Shown here one piece after another: positions 61,159-64,000 of a DNA stretch of 64,000 nucleotides; within the stretch, counting starts at the first letter, position 1, and the number at the start of each line of letters is the position of its first letter. The stretch comes from Lama guanicoe. Taxonomy: Eukaryota. The notes beneath the pieces are model-generated. The model ran no database searches, had not been told where the DNA came from, and was given only the letters and a program-made list of their open reading frames with translations. Location: the NCBI GenBank assembly GCA_013239625.1, contig MU056000.1, positions 10,925,175 to 10,989,174 of the forward strand. Direction: 5' to 3'. Both the position numbers and the translations under genes were made by a program.

Positions 61159-63589
61159 GAAGGTGTAAAATTGTAGGCAAGGTCAGCTACTTAAAGCGGA
61201 CGTGTTTGGAGACAGGAAAGTGGCACCTTTGGCATCCTGACACCTAAGCGGTAAAGGGAACACTCTCCTCCTCAGCAGAAGTAGCCTGTAGGTCCTAACA
61301 CTTCTGAATGTCAGCGAGCCAAGTAAAAAAGTTTGTGTGTTGAAAATGTAGAGTTTTAATGAATAAATCAGCCCATTGGGAAGTAGATTCCATCTATTAG
61401 ATGTGAGTCAGAGACACTGACAGAGAGGAACGATGTGGCAATATGCTGGTTACTAAGGTTCAGATCGAAAGCAGAGATGCTCAGGGGTGACACTTACCTC
61501 TTACCAGGAGGCAAGGTAACAGCCCAAGGGAGTGGATGCTGGACAGTGTGCACACCCTGGTGCTTATCAGCGGGAGGCCAGTCATGAAAGAGGTCAAGTT
61601 AGGACCCTGCATAGAGTCACATACATTGTGGCCGAGTGGTTTTATAGGTCCTTGATCAACACATGAAGCCAAAAGCAAAAGAGATACAGGTACAGAACCA
61701 CAGTGATGAGGAAGCATAGGGGGCCATTACAGCTGGACGGCCGGAGTCTCAGAGGAGCAGGTGCTCTTGAAAGAAAGCTTAACAATGATGACATGGAAGA
61801 GACAGTGGACTGCTAGAGAAATGACAAAACTAACTCCTCCTCCCAGCCCCGCAACTGGTCCCTTCATGCAGACTGACTGGTCCCTGTCCAGAGGGAAAGG
61901 ACAGCAGTGCAGAGCACAGGGACACTTCACTTGTCTCATTATTCGGAATTCCTTTATAAAACACTTCCAGGCTTACAGAAACAATGTGTTTAGGGATAGC
62001 TTAACTGAAAACTTCAGTGCTTTGTGCACTAAAAAAAAATATGTTTGATTTTTCTAGTCGCTTATTCTGAATAAGAAAATCATGGCTGGCTCTACAATTC
62101 CCAGTTGAGAGACACACTGAGAATTTCTGCTACACATTTTGTGCCCCCTGGAATCTTTCTGACCAGGGTCAGAGATTTTTGCGGTAATTGCCAGCACAGT
62201 GCGGACTTAATTTGGTTTGAGGGGACATGTGAAAAATCCAAGCTCAGCAGGCCAAACCTCACGGAGGTTTAAAACATGAAATAAAGGCGCAGGCCTGCAG
62301 CCATCTCATTAATGCCCGTGGCTGCCTGTATGTGTACGTACGCAAGGATGAGCCCTACGAAGCAGCTGGAAGCTCCTACCATCGACCTTTATGCCTGGAT
62401 TTTGCACTTGGGGGTTGGGGGGAGGTGAATTATAAGAGGCTGCTGGTTTAATAAAAATCAACAGAGCAGGTACCTCCAAAGGGAGAACTGACATTGGAAT
62501 TGCGAGACACAGGGCCAATCTCAGATTTGGCACGTCCCCGGGGGTACAGGACAGGACAGCTCAGGGGGGGAGAGTTCTTCCGTGGTAATTTTGCATGGAT
62601 TCCATGGCACCTGAAGTGTTCCTAGGGCACCGAGGGAAAAGAATTATTCATGCCTCCCTGATCACGTTCAGCCTAACGGCACAAACCAGTACACAAATAG
62701 GGCTGCCGTGCAGGGCTCTTGGGGCTGGAATGTTTGCAGAGCATGTTTTTTTTCCCCAAGAGACTCTCTAAATGGAGTTGGAGGTGGGGAAAGCTGCTGT
62801 ACATTAATTGGAAAGTGATTCCAAGAACTAGAATTGGCATGTGGTCAGAGGGTGTTGGAGGGGACAGAAAGTAGAGGGGGAGATGGCTGGGCAGCTGGGA
62901 GGGAAAAGGAGAAAAGGAGAGAAGCAGAAAAGCCGGGAGAGTGCAGAGGGCTTGGCGAGCTGCCAGGAGATCTGCCAATGGGGAAGGGATGCATCGCCAA
63001 GGTAGAAAATCACTTAGTTGCTAAGAACAAAGAAAGCACGCCATTCCAAACAAAGAAACTTTGCCGACCAGACCAACTCTGGTACCCATTCAAAGCATTA
63101 TTATGCACGGTGAATAAACATGGAGTCTCCTTTACTAACCGCTGACTCCATCATTATTTCAACTCTGTTGCTTTCCGTTTAAGCCTCTTTCACTAACACC
63201 TGATGTTGAATAGACTTGTCCGTCACACAGTGTATTCAGAGATGATCTATTCTTTGGAGCGGTCTGTAACTATTTTAAATTTCTAAGAGCAGTGCCTTTA
63301 AGATTATATGTTGTGTGTTTCCTAAGTTATATTCACGCTCTGTAAAGTTGGCAAAGGTACTAAAAATAAAGCATAAGAGGATCTATTATACTGCTAAGCA
63401 AATCAGACAGCTTCTCTTTGGAGAGCAAAGTTGGGGAGGGAAGGAATCTTCATAGATATTTATTTTATTTACAGAACAAAATAAATTAAGTTTAAATTTT
63501 TCATGTACTATTTCCCAGCAAAAAATGGCATTTTTACCTCACCTTTGACTTTTGAAAAATAAAATCAAATAAAAAGATGGTAACTGTGG

Positions 63590-63935
63590 ATTTCCCCCCG
63601 CTTGCTTTGTTCATGTTTCTCCTCCTGAAATACCCTCTCCTCCGTTTCCAATGCGTCCTCATTCTTTAGAGCTTACTGACTTTTCACCTCCGCTATGAAG
63701 CTACTCTTTGTCATCACTGCCTTTAATGATCCATCACTCTCACAGCATTTATTTTCCTGCGTAGTCATTTAGTGTTTCATAAATGTGTTCTTTCTTCATG
63801 TCTGGAAAAAAGCTCTTTGTGAAAAGACAGTCCTATAAAATGAGGACTATTATTTACCTCTGGATTCTCCTCTCCATTGAGCTTTGCAAATCAGTGGTGG
63901 GGAGGTAAACTCAACTGGTATTTATTGATTGAACA
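63590..63935 (+). mobile_element. L2 3' region
   Basis: ctcctgaaataccctctcctcc...aagctctttgtgaaaagacag...tatttattgattgaa. Confidence 0.55.
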
Positions 63936-64000
63936 TAAAACTGCAGTAGTAGCTTTAACATAATTTCTCTAACAAAGTGCATATATATCCAAGTTTCTTC

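Noticed and set aside
1..64000. A novel multi-gene system, operon, CRISPR array or intact protein-coding gene
   Set aside because: This is mammalian repeat-rich DNA. All listed ORFs are 153 aa or shorter and are chance, microsatellite-derived or transposon-derived. I saw no repeat-spacer array and no convincing spliced exon chain.

Overview
Mammalian genomic DNA, AT-rich, CpG-depleted and dominated by repeats. The young L1 3' UTRs look like the camelid (alpaca/camel) type, which I recognise from memory only. I found no intact protein-coding gene or convincing exon, so the window reads as intergenic or deep intronic. Best-supported contents: (1) a near-full-length, decayed processed pseudogene of NIFK (MKI67IP) on the minus strand at ~30775-32400, lying next to a Tigger1 end inside an old L1; (2) a full-length 7SK (RN7SK) retrocopy at 48648-48967; (3) an ancient ERVL provirus with both LTRs and gag/RT/IN/dUTPase remnants at ~22.0-28.0 kb; (4) a second ERVL pol fossil at ~44.0-48.5 kb interrupted by MER20 and by another ERVL-class LTR plus internal segment; (5) four related young L1 3' ends with target-site duplications; (6) many MaLR LTRs, L2, MIR and hAT/Tigger fragments, microsatellites and two perfect 28-29 bp tandem duplications. 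Repeat family names come from recalled consensus sequences, not a search, and boundaries of old repeats are approximate (tens of bp). I see no evidence of a novel functional biological system. The most curious structure is an apparent double L1-mediated insertion at one site (7309-7684), which may have seeded a microsatellite.
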